A DNA stretch of 64,000 nucleotides from Bdellovibrio sp. ZAP7 (GTDB lineage Bacteria > Bdellovibrionota > FAC87 > UBA2466). The stretch lies in assembly GCA_945878405.1 (NCBI GenBank), contig CAMCTJ010000008.1:30625-94624 (forward strand). The letters are read 5' to 3'. This document shows, one piece after another, positions 1 to 9,693 of the stretch (its first letter is position 1; each line of letters opens with the position of its first letter). Made by a program: the position numbers and the translations under genes. The notes below the pieces were generated by a model. That model worked only from the letters and a program-made list of their open reading frames with translations, made no database searches and had not been told where the DNA came from.

Positions 1-110
1 TGGCTGGCGTCACTCTAAACTTCGACATTGAAGTTTTAGATGTTCGAAAGGCAACCAAAGAAGAGCTAGAGCATGGACATTCTCATGAGGGTGATGGGCA
101 TCACCACTAA
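1..110 (+). CDS. slyD: FKBP-type peptidyl-prolyl isomerase SlyD, C-terminal fragment (5' end outside window)
   Basis: Frame from base 3 reads [35 protein letters not shown], the SlyD C-terminal motif with a His-rich tail; TAA at 108-110. Confidence 0.85.
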   Translation, partial: AGVTLNFDIEVLDVRKATKEELEHGHSHEGDGHHH

Positions 111-565
111 GCTACTTTCTTTCCAAATTCAAAGCCGGAATCAGTCGAAATAATACATTGGAGATCGTTAATCTCGTGCGCTATCAAAGCGTAGAGGTCT
201 GAAAACGTCACAATGCTAACTGCCTCACCTAATGAATTTACTACTGGTAATCTTCTAATTTGAGAATCTTTCATAATGCTAATGGCATCATGCAATCCAC
301 TCTTGAGAGTGATAGTTTTCACAGGAGAAGTCATCACCAGCCTGACTGGGTCAGCAACAGAAATGGCTGGCTCTTTTGAAAGAGCGCGTAAAAGTAGATC
401 TCGATCGGTAACAATCCCTTTAGGAACTCCTTGTTCTACTACGACAACGCAGCCTACGTTGTGTTTCTCCATGAGTCGAGCAACAGACTGAATCGATTGT
501 CCGGGCTGACAGGTTATTAAAGGTGTCTGGCTTTTTCTGATGGGAAAGATGGATTCTAGTGGCAT
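107..565 (-). CDS. CBS-pair domain protein
   Basis: Two CBS repeats (VGCVVVV...GIVTDRD; IRRLPVV); AGAGGAGG RBS upstream. Confidence 0.9.
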   Translation of the reverse strand: MPLESIFPIRKSQTPLITCQPGQSIQSVARLMEKHNVGCVVVVEQGVPKGIVTDRDLLLRALSKEPAISVADPVRLVMTSPVKTITLKSGLHDAISIMKDSQIRRLPVVNSLGEAVSIVTFSDLYALIAHEINDLQCIISTDSGFEFGKKVA

Positions 566-589
566 AAGGCCTCCTCTTTAATTCAAAGA

Positions 590-605
590 AGCAAGCTTTA
601 TGCCT
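590..605 (-). promoter_or_regulatory. Candidate sigma54 (-24/-12) promoter for CBS gene
   Basis: Minus strand AGGCAT-AAAGC-TTGCT: GG-N10-GC spacing, 24 nt upstream of the ATG. Confidence 0.6.
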
Positions 606-611
606 GAATCA

Positions 612-1658
612 TCAGCCAAGGCTCTTCATATCGATAACAAATCGATACTTAACATCTGAACGAAGCACACGTTCGTAAGCTTCATTAATTTTTTGAATCG
701 GGATTATTTCGATGTCAGAAACAATTCCGTGTTTGGCGCAAAAATCGAGCATCTCTTGGGTCTCTTTAATTCCGCCAATCAGAGATCCAGATAAGTTTTT
801 GCGAGACAGAATGAGACTAGTGGATGCTACCGCAAGAGGTTGCGTCGGCACCCCCACCAAAACCATCGAAGCGTCTCGTTTTAAAAGAGAAAGATATTGA
901 TTAATATCATGGGGCGCAGACACGGTATCCAAAATAAAATCGAAAGAATTCGCAAGGGTACCCATTTGTTCTGATTGCGTGGACAAAATCACCTGATGAG
1001 CTCCCAATCTCTCTGCATCTTTCCTCTTTGATTCGGAAGTTGTGAAAACAACAGTCTCCGCGCCAAGCGCTTTTGAAAACTTAACCGCCATATGTCCCAG
1101 CCCGCCTAGTCCGACGATGCCAACCTTCTGGCCAGCCCCCACTTTCCAATGGCGCAAAGGGGAATAGGTAGTGATGCCAGCACACAAAAGAGGAGCTGTC
1201 GCAGCTAAATTTAATTTGGGATCGATCTTGAGAACAAATTCTTCTCGGACAACAATCTTATTGGCGTAGCCACCATAAGTAGGGGTATGGCCGTCGCGTT
1301 CCACGCTGTTGTATGTCCCAACCATTCCATTTTGACAGTATTGTTCGTGGCCCTCATGACAAGAGGTACATTCGCGGCAGGAGTCAACTAAGCAACCTAC
1401 ACCAACTAAATCACCTACATTGAAGTAACTGACTCCATTCCCCACTTTAGAGACTGTCCCAACAATTTCATGACCGGGAACCATCGGATAGATCGATCCC
1501 CCCCATTCATCTCTTGCTTGGTGGATATCTGAGTGGCAGACACCACAGTAAGCGACGTCGATCACAACATCATTTTCGCGGGGAGAGCGGCGTTCAAACT
1601 GGAAAGGCCCTAGGGGATTCTTGGGGCCAAGCGTGGCGTATCCTTTTGCTAAAATCAT
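612..1658 (-). CDS. Zn-dependent NADP alcohol dehydrogenase (cinnamyl-alcohol/YahK-like)
   Basis: CGVCHSD, PGHE, structural Zn Cys cluster, APLLCAG, GLGGLG, C-terminal DVKYRFVID. Confidence 0.95.
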   Translation of the reverse strand: MILAKGYATLGPKNPLGPFQFERRSPRENDVVIDVAYCGVCHSDIHQARDEWGGSIYPMVPGHEIVGTVSKVGNGVSYFNVGDLVGVGCLVDSCRECTSCHEGHEQYCQNGMVGTYNSVERDGHTPTYGGYANKIVVREEFVLKIDPKLNLAATAPLLCAGITTYSPLRHWKVGAGQKVGIVGLGGLGHMAVKFSKALGAETVVFTTSESKRKDAERLGAHQVILSTQSEQMGTLANSFDFILDTVSAPHDINQYLSLLKRDASMVLVGVPTQPLAVASTSLILSRKNLSGSLIGGIKETQEMLDFCAKHGIVSDIEIIPIQKINEAYERVLRSDVKYRFVIDMKSLG

Positions 1659-1687
1659 AAAGTTCCTCTTTGTGAGTAACTTTAAAA

Positions 1688-2647
1688 CTAAGCTGCTTTT
1701 ACTTCAAGATCGGAAACTAGGTGATCCCAAAGTTCTTCGATCCCATCTTCAAGGTTATGCTGGCATTTCCAGCCAGTGGCGTTCATCAATTTAGAGCAGT
1801 TAAGAACTGTCCATTGATTTTCCGGAATGGGGTTGGGTGTTAATTCAAAGGGAACCTGACGCTGAGTCACTTTTTCAATGACGTGAAAGACCTCCATCAG
1901 GCTCGTTCCCACACCACTTCCTAAGTTGTAGGTCCCAGTAATAGGTTTATGAGATTTTAGTATTGAGTCGAGAGCCGACAAAACATCATCGATATAAATA
2001 AAGTCCTTAACGGTATCTAGAGAAGACCAGATTTTAATCGGTTCGTACTTAAGCATTTTACCCAAGAGTACACCTATCAAACCTTGTTTCGTTCTATTTA
2101 ACTGACCCAGACCAAAAGGATTAGAAAGACGCAAGAGCGTCGAGTTCATTTCAAAAGAGCGAGAGAACTCTTCAATGACATATTCCGATATGAGCTTATT
2201 TGCAGCGTAAGGGGTGCGAAGCACCGTAGGAGATTCTTCTCGGTAGGGTTGTTGGCGGCTTGTATCTTTATAAATGGCTCCCCCTGAGCTTGCATAAATT
2301 ATATTTTTAACTCCAGCTTGTTTCATTTTTTGAAGAAGCTGTTCGGTCGCCAGTAAATTTAATCCAATCAGCCGAGCGGGATTATGCTCTCCATCTGCTG
2401 GAAAGCCCCGATTGGCAAAATGAAATACACAATCGACTCCCTCAACAAGGGACTGGGAAATCAAAGAATGTTCAAGCTCTCCCACAATCGGAACAACCTT
2501 GTTTGCTAATTCCTTTTTGGGTGAGCGAGAAAAGAGAGCTCGTATTTCAGTAACCTGGGGATCCAAGGAGAAATAATCTAGGGTTGAGGAGCCCAAAAAA
2601 CCGCCAGCGCCTGTAATTGCGATTTTGATTCCGGGTAATTTTTTCAT
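1688..2647 (-). CDS. NAD-dependent epimerase/dehydratase
   Basis: TGAGGFLG, SSGG, YAANK (YxxxK), DFIYIDD, YNLGSG. Confidence 0.9.
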   Translation of the reverse strand: MKKLPGIKIAITGAGGFLGSSTLDYFSLDPQVTEIRALFSRSPKKELANKVVPIVGELEHSLISQSLVEGVDCVFHFANRGFPADGEHNPARLIGLNLLATEQLLQKMKQAGVKNIIYASSGGAIYKDTSRQQPYREESPTVLRTPYAANKLISEYVIEEFSRSFEMNSTLLRLSNPFGLGQLNRTKQGLIGVLLGKMLKYEPIKIWSSLDTVKDFIYIDDVLSALDSILKSHKPITGTYNLGSGVGTSLMEVFHVIEKVTQRQVPFELTPNPIPENQWTVLNCSKLMNATGWKCQHNLEDGIEELWDHLVSDLEVKAA

Positions 2648-2673
2648 GGGGTTTAATGGGAAGTAATACTTAT

Positions 2674-2700
2674 TTATCGGCTTTTTAGAGCTGAATCTAA
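2674..2700 (-). promoter_or_regulatory. Candidate sigma28 (FliA) promoter
   Basis: Minus strand TTAG-N15-GCCGATAA; perfect -10 box and canonical spacing. Confidence 0.65.
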
Positions 2701-2706
2701 AAGCGC

Positions 2707-2734
2707 TTGAAACTCTCCTTAACCGAGGTATTAT
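2707..2734 (+). promoter_or_regulatory. Candidate sigma70 promoter for leaderless gpx
   Basis: TTGAAA-N16-TATTAT, 6 nt before ATG 2741. Confidence 0.55.
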
Positions 2735-2740
2735 CGCGCA

Positions 2741-3217
2741 ATGTCAATCTATGATTTTTCAGTACGAACTATCGGTGGTCTTGAAACGAAGCTCGAAAGT
2801 TATCGGGGAAAGACTCTCTTAATTGTCAACGTGGCGAGTCGATGTGGATTTACCCCTCAGTATGAAGGTCTTGAGAATCTTTATCAAAAATACGGGTCTC
2901 AAGGGTTAGTTGTTTTAGGTTTTCCCTGTAATCAATTTGGGGCTCAAGAGCCAGGTTCAGAGAACGAGATAAAAAATTTCTGCGATACCAATTATCATGT
3001 CACTTTTCCCCTTTTCAGCAAAGTGAGTGTCAATGGGCCCGAGGCACATCCGTTATATAGCTATTTAAAAAAGGCTAACCCCGGCATTTTAGGGACCGAA
3101 GCTATCAAGTGGAATTTCACCAAGTTTTTAGTCGATAAAAATGGCAACGTGGTGAAACGGTTTGCACCTGTTGAAAAGCCCGAGTCATTAGAAAAAGAAA
3201 TTTGTGCGATCTTATAG
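2741..3217 (+). CDS. Glutathione peroxidase family protein (Cys-type)
   Basis: NVASRCGFTPQY, GFPCNQF, KWNFTKFL motifs. Confidence 0.95.
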   Translation: MSIYDFSVRTIGGLETKLESYRGKTLLIVNVASRCGFTPQYEGLENLYQKYGSQGLVVLGFPCNQFGAQEPGSENEIKNFCDTNYHVTFPLFSKVSVNGPEAHPLYSYLKKANPGILGTEAIKWNFTKFLVDKNGNVVKRFAPVEKPESLEKEICAIL

Positions 3218-4418
3218 GCAAAAAAGATCTAAAGAGCCTTGTTCAATAAAAGATCTTTGTCGCATCTGTCCTTATGTAAATCTGGATTACGATTCTTCAC
3301 TCTCTGAAAAGTCTGATAAAGAATTAGCGATGCTTAAGAAGGCCGGTTTGCTTGAAAAAGCAAGAGTGCATCGGAGTATTTCATCCCCCCGAAAATTAGG
3401 TTTTCGGACAGTTTTCAAACTGGCAGTCCGAAGAAATCCCGAGGGAAAAGGTGCCGGCCGTTTTCGATTGGGATTGTTCGATCCTGGTACTCATAGTATC
3501 GGGCCTGAATTAACTCCTTGTCCCTTACATCACCCGATTTTGAGAAAGTTACTCAAAGAAATTCATATCGTATTGAATGAATCGGGTCTTGAGCCTTATG
3601 AAGAGCGCGACCAAAGCGGTGATCTTCGTTACGTCATCGCTCGGACTAACCAAACCGGTGATCAGCTTATGGTAACCTGGGTTGTAAATCGCTCTTTAAG
3701 GGGACAGATTTTGGAACTGACGGAAAACCTCAAACAAAGAGGCCTTCCGATGGATGTCTCAGCAATGAACGTCAATTCGGATCCAGGAAATTCCATTTGG
3801 GGTAAGGAAACGGTTCTTTTAACTGAGCGAAATTTTATTGAAGAAAAAATGATGGGACTTTCTTTTCATTTTGGACCCACAAGTTTTTTTCAAGTGAATC
3901 CATGGCAAGCAGAGAACATCTACCTGCGAATTGAACACATGGCCCGCAAGTTAGAACAAAGGGAGTGTGCCTGGGATCTTTTTGCGGGGGTGGGCACACT
4001 TTCATGTGTCTTGGGACGTCTTTTTAAAAGAACGGCAAGTCTTGAAGAGAATATCGAGGCAACCACCTTCGCTCAAAAAAATGCTGGATTGAATCACTTG
4101 GAAAATAAGCTTCAGATTTTAAGTGGGCTTGTAGAGAAACAGGGAGGAGAGTTCCCCGTCGAATTACAAACTCCCGATTTGATTGTCGCTAATCCGAGCC
4201 GGCGGGGAATCCATCAACAGGGGAGAGATTTGATTGTCTCGGCTCTCAAGAAAAAGCCAGGCTCCGAATTTATTTATCTCTCATGTGATGGTGATAGTTT
4301 CAGGCGGGATTTAAGCTATTTTAAAGCGAACGGAATTTCGTTAGCTGAATTACAGGGCTTTGATATGCATGCACAGAGTGCACAGATGGAGTGGTTAGGG
4401 CGTCTGAAATTTAATTAA
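3204..4418 (+). CDS. 23S rRNA (uracil-C5)-methyltransferase, RlmD/RlmC family, no TRAM domain
   Basis: N-terminal C-x5-C-x2-C Fe-S motif, SFFQVN, DLFAGVG, YLSCD catalytic Cys. Confidence 0.85.
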   Translation: MRSYRQKRSKEPCSIKDLCRICPYVNLDYDSSLSEKSDKELAMLKKAGLLEKARVHRSISSPRKLGFRTVFKLAVRRNPEGKGAGRFRLGLFDPGTHSIGPELTPCPLHHPILRKLLKEIHIVLNESGLEPYEERDQSGDLRYVIARTNQTGDQLMVTWVVNRSLRGQILELTENLKQRGLPMDVSAMNVNSDPGNSIWGKETVLLTERNFIEEKMMGLSFHFGPTSFFQVNPWQAENIYLRIEHMARKLEQRECAWDLFAGVGTLSCVLGRLFKRTASLEENIEATTFAQKNAGLNHLENKLQILSGLVEKQGGEFPVELQTPDLIVANPSRRGIHQQGRDLIVSALKKKPGSEFIYLSCDGDSFRRDLSYFKANGISLAELQGFDMHAQSAQMEWLGRLKFN

Positions 4419-4555
4419 CTCTGTAAACAAAATAGACGCTGAAAAACATCCTTAAATCAGCGCCTTGGGATTCACAAGTCTCTCCACACACAGAACACGA
4501 AAAACCCAGAAACGATTTTCACAATTGGACAGGTCTTTTTGAGCTTAAATCCTTT

Positions 4556-4571
4556 CGGCAAATAATTTGCA
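4556..4571 (+). promoter_or_regulatory. Candidate sigma54 promoter
   Basis: CGGCAA-ATAAT-TTGCA, GG-N10-GC, about 30 nt upstream of ATG 4603 which has a GAGGA RBS. Confidence 0.5.
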
Positions 4572-4602
4572 AATCCCCTCAAGCATTAATTTGAGGATAC
4601 CG

Positions 4603-5454
4603 ATGAAAAACTCTTTTTACGCCTTGATCACTCTATCTTTATTCCAAAATATAGTTTTAGCGGAAGATCATTCATACGAATCAAAGCCAAAATTGCAGCG
4701 ACAAATAGTTGATTCAGGTGAAATCGTTGCATCGGAACTTCTTGCCAAGATGGGAGAGGAGGAGTCCTTGAGTGGATATCGGCAGCTTTTTCTGTATTCC
4801 CCCAGAGCACTGAGAGGGGTGGAAATGAGAATAGGGGATGCGGAGAATTGGAGTTCCCTTGGTGAATTTAAAAGTGACACACACAAGGCATACGGAACAA
4901 AGAGTTTCTTACCCTCTGCCCCCGGACAAAAATTTACCATTCGAGCTATTAGAGAAGACGGAACTCGAGTTACGAGCCTATTAGTGATCGACTCCAGGAA
5001 CCCTAGCCTGGTTGAAGTGAAAACAATGAAAGAAGAGCCCAGGGGATCATTTGAAGAGGTGAAGAAAACTCAACGCATAACCGGGACGAGTTCGATTCTT
5101 ACAAAGGCTCAATCAAATATTGGCCACCGGTTAGGGAGTGGAGATTGCTCCGCGCTCAGAGGAAGTGGCCCTGCTTTAGGTCGGATAGGAGGTGGGGGAG
5201 TGGGGTTAGAGCAGTTAATGCCTGGCCAGGTTCTCCGTCTCTCTCCTGGCGCTGGTCTCCAAGGAAGCATGGGTTATTTTCGAGCTGGGGAAACGGGACA
5301 CTATATCGTTGTTGAATCCGTAAATCCTAACGGGCAAATCACTTTTCTTGATCAAAATTGGGCGGGAGGAAGCAGCTCTGGACAATTTGTTCGTCGTGCC
5401 TCGGGAAATTTAAGAACCCTGAACGGCTCAGCTACCATTTACAGCGGAAATTAG
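4603..5454 (+). CDS. Secreted protein with C-terminal CHAP/NlpC-P60-like Cys-His domain
   Basis: Signal peptide MKNSFYALITLSLF..VLA; GSGDCSAL, GHYIVVESV, FLDQNW pattern; start moved to the ATG after GAGGA. Confidence 0.55.
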   Translation: MKNSFYALITLSLFQNIVLAEDHSYESKPKLQRQIVDSGEIVASELLAKMGEEESLSGYRQLFLYSPRALRGVEMRIGDAENWSSLGEFKSDTHKAYGTKSFLPSAPGQKFTIRAIREDGTRVTSLLVIDSRNPSLVEVKTMKEEPRGSFEEVKKTQRITGTSSILTKAQSNIGHRLGSGDCSALRGSGPALGRIGGGGVGLEQLMPGQVLRLSPGAGLQGSMGYFRAGETGHYIVVESVNPNGQITFLDQNWAGGSSSGQFVRRASGNLRTLNGSATIYSGN

Positions 5455-5470
5455 GTATCTTGTCTCGCTA

Positions 5471-6283
5471 ATGTCTTTTTTTAAAAACAAAACCGTACTC
5501 ATAACTGGGGCCTCTTCCGGAATTGGGGCTGAGCTTGCACGTCAACTCTATGCCCAAGAAGCAAATATTTTTCTTTTGGCCCGAAGAAGTGATCGCCTTG
5601 AAGACTTAGCCAAGGAATTAAATCCTCGAGGTGAACGAGTGGGGTGGATGCAAGTCGATGTTACAAAGCCAAACCAACTAGAGGAAGCAGTTCGTTCATG
5701 CATAGGTCTCTTTGGAAGCATCGATGTCGTTATTGCTAATGCGGGATTCGGAGTTGCTGGCAACGTGAGCCAGCTAAAAACCGACGATTACAGACGTCAA
5801 TTTGAAACCAATGTCTTTGGAGTGCTCAATACTGTTTACGCTACCGAACAAGCCCTTGAGAAATCAAAAGGGCAGTTAGTGCTTTTAGGAAGTGTCGCGG
5901 GGTTTGTCCCCCTTCCGGGAAACTCTGCCTATACGATGAGTAAGTTTTCCGTTCGCGCTTTGGCTAAGGCTCTGCAATACGAATGGAGAGAAAAAGGAAT
6001 TTCAGTTACCCATTTGGCTCCTGGATTTGTTGATTCCGATATTCGCAAAACTGATAATTTAGGAAATCTCAAAGAAGACCATCCCGATCCTATTCCGAAT
6101 TGGATTCGAGTGCCCACTCCGGTTGCAGTTAAAGAGATGATTAAGGCGATAACAAAAAGGAGTCCGGAGAGAGTAATTACTGGCCACGGAAAAATTATCC
6201 AGGGGTTCAATCAATACTTTCCAAAGCTCATTCCCTGGATTGTTGCTTCTGTGGGCTTAAGGGCTCGGCCAGAACCCAAATAG
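5471..6283 (+). CDS. Short-chain dehydrogenase/reductase
   Basis: TGASSGIG, ANAG, YTMSK, PGFVDS. Confidence 0.93.
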   Translation: MSFFKNKTVLITGASSGIGAELARQLYAQEANIFLLARRSDRLEDLAKELNPRGERVGWMQVDVTKPNQLEEAVRSCIGLFGSIDVVIANAGFGVAGNVSQLKTDDYRRQFETNVFGVLNTVYATEQALEKSKGQLVLLGSVAGFVPLPGNSAYTMSKFSVRALAKALQYEWREKGISVTHLAPGFVDSDIRKTDNLGNLKEDHPDPIPNWIRVPTPVAVKEMIKAITKRSPERVITGHGKIIQGFNQYFPKLIPWIVASVGLRARPEPK

Positions 6284-6292
6284 TGCTTTTTA

Positions 6293-7981
6293 TTAAGCCC
6301 TCACATCGATTATTTGAAACTTTTCCACATCTACTAAACCTTTATCAGTGAGCTTAAGTGACGGAATAACCGGAAGACACAAGAAGGCTAATTGAAGAAA
6401 AGGCTCTTCTAGGGTGCAGCCAATCACCTGACTGGCCTTTCTTAATTCCATCAATTTCTTCTGGATAAACTCGGGCTCTTCAAGAGACATAAGACCGCCG
6501 AAAGGAAGCGCTAACTGAGCGACTACCGTTTTTTTGCGGACGACGACAAATCCGCCACCGCTTTCGATAAGCGTTTTCAGAGCAACCTGCATATCCGAAA
6601 GCTCTTTTCCAACGACACAGAGATTGTGGCTGTCATGGCCTACGCTTGAAGCAATTGCTCCTTCTAAATTTTCTCCAAATCCCACTACGTAGCCATTTGC
6701 TGGTTTTGAACCATGCCCGTAGCGTTCGAGAACACTTAATCTTGCCACTTTACGATCATCAGAAGAACGAACGCTTCTTCCCGTGAGTATTTTCCCTGGG
6801 AAAATTTCAATGCAGTGAACTCTGCCAGCGGGCCCCTCAAGATCCGCGATTTCGGGCACCTTCGCCTTAATTGAATTTTTAAAGTTACTTCTTGAATCGG
6901 ATTTTAAAGGGAGCTCTGATACGAGCTTTCCCGATTTAAAAACATGGCCGATAGCGCAGGTCTCAGGATCTTCTAGGACAACCAGATCCGCCTGAAATCC
7001 AGGTGCAACTGCTCCCAATCGTTTCCAGCCTTTGTTCAGTCCATAATGGTTAGAAACGCTCCACGATGCGCTTCGATAGGCTATCGAGGCGGGAACTCCT
7101 TTGTGGATAGCTTTTCGAATCAGGTAATCAATATGTCCTTCCTTAGCTATGTCCAGCGGATTTCTATCGTCGGTGCAGAAGCCGACAAATGGCCAGGTAT
7201 TTTCATTCAGAATAGATATCAATTGATTTAAATCTTTCGCAACGCTGCCTTCTCGAATCCAGATCGAAATGCCCTTCTGTAGTTTTTCCCAAGCTTCATC
7301 TAGTTCTGAAGACTCATGACAGCTAGAAATACCTGTTGCTGCATAAGCGGATAATTCATTTCCCCGCAAAAGGGGACAATGGCCATCTATCGGTTGCTCC
7401 AAAAAGCTAGCGAGTTTCTGAAGCATGTCTTCATCTTTATGAAGAACTCCTGGGACGTTCATGACCTCGGCAAGTCCCAAAGCATTTGTATGATTTTTAA
7501 GTGAAAGAAGGTTTTCGGCACTTAATTTTCCAGCACCATTAGTTTCCATATGTGTGGCTGGAACACAGCTACTGAGCATTACACGTAAATCCAAAAATAA
7601 GTTTTCCGATTCCTTTAAGAAATATTCGATTCCGCTCATCCCCTCAACATTGGCCAGTTCATGAGGATCGCAAACAGCGGTAGTGGTCCCTTTGGGCAAA
7701 GTTACTTTTTGAAAATTCCGTGGAGTCAGTAGGCTGCTTTCGATATGAACGTGAGCGTCAATAAAGCCCGGTACAATCCAGTTATTGGAAAAATCGAAAA
7801 CACGGTGACCCTCAAGGTTTGAATCTACCGATACAGTAGTGCCATCGATAATTCCGAGATCTCTCTGAATCCAGTTTCCCGAAAAAACATCGAGAATTTG
7901 GCCGTTTTTCAAAACCGTATCAAAGGGAATTCTTCCGAGAGCAGCATCAATTCGGCGTTGAAGAGGTTTTAATTCCTGCAT
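6293..7981 (-). CDS. ade: Adenine deaminase
   Basis: PGFIDAHVHIESS, DPHE, DGH, REGS, CTDD, GHDSHN, LPVIP motifs. Confidence 0.93.
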   Translation of the reverse strand: MQELKPLQRRIDAALGRIPFDTVLKNGQILDVFSGNWIQRDLGIIDGTTVSVDSNLEGHRVFDFSNNWIVPGFIDAHVHIESSLLTPRNFQKVTLPKGTTTAVCDPHELANVEGMSGIEYFLKESENLFLDLRVMLSSCVPATHMETNGAGKLSAENLLSLKNHTNALGLAEVMNVPGVLHKDEDMLQKLASFLEQPIDGHCPLLRGNELSAYAATGISSCHESSELDEAWEKLQKGISIWIREGSVAKDLNQLISILNENTWPFVGFCTDDRNPLDIAKEGHIDYLIRKAIHKGVPASIAYRSASWSVSNHYGLNKGWKRLGAVAPGFQADLVVLEDPETCAIGHVFKSGKLVSELPLKSDSRSNFKNSIKAKVPEIADLEGPAGRVHCIEIFPGKILTGRSVRSSDDRKVARLSVLERYGHGSKPANGYVVGFGENLEGAIASSVGHDSHNLCVVGKELSDMQVALKTLIESGGGFVVVRKKTVVAQLALPFGGLMSLEEPEFIQKKLMELRKASQVIGCTLEEPFLQLAFLCLPVIPSLKLTDKGLVDVEKFQIIDVRA

Positions 7982-8142
7982 GCGAATAAAGAATACCCCA
8001 AATTTTACTGCGTCGCAGGAAAAGAAAACGAAAGTTAACGGGAGTAAGCATAAAAGAAGATTTCAAACCAACTTTTCTATATAATTGAGTAAAGATTCGT
8101 ACCGCTGAACCAAAACAAAAAAACTTATCATCGAGGGTACCC

Positions 8143-9633
8143 ATGACAAGAAGTCGTGTTTTTTTATTCCTTTCTCTTTTGGCAGGAGTGAGCTCTGCAG
8201 CAAACCTAAGCTTACAAGAGTTGAGGAGTCAGTTGACTAGCCGCAACGCTTCTTGGACAGCGGGCGAAACATCAGTCAGTCGTCTTTCTGAACAAGAGAA
8301 AAAAAATCTCTTGGGACTTCAGCTGGATGAAGGATTTGGGGATTTTTTTAAATCTGCTAAGCCTCAGGCGCTCAACCGAGCTCTTCCTTCGAAATTTGAT
8401 TGGAGAAATAAAGATGGTGTTGATTATGCCTCTCCGGTCCTTAATCAGGCGAACTGCGGTAGCTGTGTAGCTTTTTCGGCAGTGGCAGCTTTAGAGACGC
8501 AAATGAACATTACGAACAATACGCCCAATTCTCCTTGGGCCTTCTCACCCCAGCATCTTTTTTCCTGTGGGGGAGGCGCTTGTCAAAATGGTTGGCACCC
8601 AATGATGGCTGTTCAGTTTATGCAAAAAAATGGGGTTCCCGATGAAAACTGCTTTCCCTATTCGAGTGGGGGAGATGGAAAAGATTTAGCTTGTAGCCAA
8701 ACCTGTACAGATTCAAGCAAGCGTACTTTAAAAATTACGGGCTATACGCAACCTTCATTTTTCTTCCAAGACCAAAATGCAGTGAAAGAAGCTTTAATGA
8801 AAGGTCCTTTGATGACTTCGATGGTTGTTTATGAAGACTTCATTTTTTATAAAGGTGGAGTTTACAAACACGCCACAGGATCTCAATTGGGTGGTCATGC
8901 CATTACGATGATGGGATGGGATGATAGCGCAAAAGCCTGGATCGTAAGAAATAGTTGGGGAGAAGAGTGGGGTGAAAAGGGCTATTTCCGGATTGCTTAT
9001 GACGATGCTTCAGGACTGGGCAATCAAACCTGGGGGCTTCAAGTTCCTTCTTCCAAAGGTTTTGTAACTTTGGGAGGACTGAGAGATCGTTCTGTACTTT
9101 CCGGCAAGGTAACTCTCAATCTAGAGTCCACTATCAGCGGGACAAAAGATATTAACTTGTCTGTCAGCAAAGATGAACGAACGGTCTACTGGGCTAATGG
9201 AAAACCCGATACGCGCATTTCTGTGGATACAACCCAATTTCCTGATGGGAAATATACTGTCTCTGCTCTAGCTGACACGGCCTCAGGTAAAATTGGCTCA
9301 CAACCCAGAACGATTTACGTTCTCAATGGTGCCCATCAGGGTTCAGTTGAGTTCAAAAACGTAACTGACGGTGAGACCATTACAGAGAGTAAAGAACTAG
9401 AAATAGCGACTACAGGTCGGCCGGTTCCCTATACTTCGATTACTTTCAAAGCCGTCAATATGACGACTGGTGAAGAGAACATCCGCTCCACTTATACTGT
9501 GTTGCCAGAAATGAAGATGCTTTGGAGAGCTCAGTATTTGAAAAACGGAGATTATCTTGTGAAGTTAGAAGCAAAGGTGGGAGACAAAGTAACTGTAGAA
9601 AGTAAATCCTACAAAGTAAAAGTCGCTCATTAA
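8143..9633 (+). CDS. Secreted papain-family (C1) cysteine protease with C-terminal Ig-like domains
   Basis: Signal peptide; FDWR, QANCGSCVAF, GGHAI, WIVRNSWG triad motifs; DTTQFPDGKYTV Ig-like segment. Confidence 0.9.
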   Translation: MTRSRVFLFLSLLAGVSSAANLSLQELRSQLTSRNASWTAGETSVSRLSEQEKKNLLGLQLDEGFGDFFKSAKPQALNRALPSKFDWRNKDGVDYASPVLNQANCGSCVAFSAVAALETQMNITNNTPNSPWAFSPQHLFSCGGGACQNGWHPMMAVQFMQKNGVPDENCFPYSSGGDGKDLACSQTCTDSSKRTLKITGYTQPSFFFQDQNAVKEALMKGPLMTSMVVYEDFIFYKGGVYKHATGSQLGGHAITMMGWDDSAKAWIVRNSWGEEWGEKGYFRIAYDDASGLGNQTWGLQVPSSKGFVTLGGLRDRSVLSGKVTLNLESTISGTKDINLSVSKDERTVYWANGKPDTRISVDTTQFPDGKYTVSALADTASGKIGSQPRTIYVLNGAHQGSVEFKNVTDGETITESKELEIATTGRPVPYTSITFKAVNMTTGEENIRSTYTVLPEMKMLWRAQYLKNGDYLVKLEAKVGDKVTVESKSYKVKVAH

Positions 9634-9655
9634 GACTTAAAGCCATCGACCCCAG

Positions 9656-9693
9656 AAAGGCCTACCGAGCTTTTTGCTTGGTAGGCCTTTTTT
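9656..9693. terminator. Intrinsic terminator, probably bidirectional
   Basis: AAAGGCCTACCGAGC-TTTTT-GCTTGGTAGGCCTTT followed by a T run, between convergent genes. Confidence 0.85.

Noticed and set aside
2825-2860. Selenocysteine in glutathione peroxidase
   Set aside because: The active-site codon is TGT (Cys); no in-frame TGA
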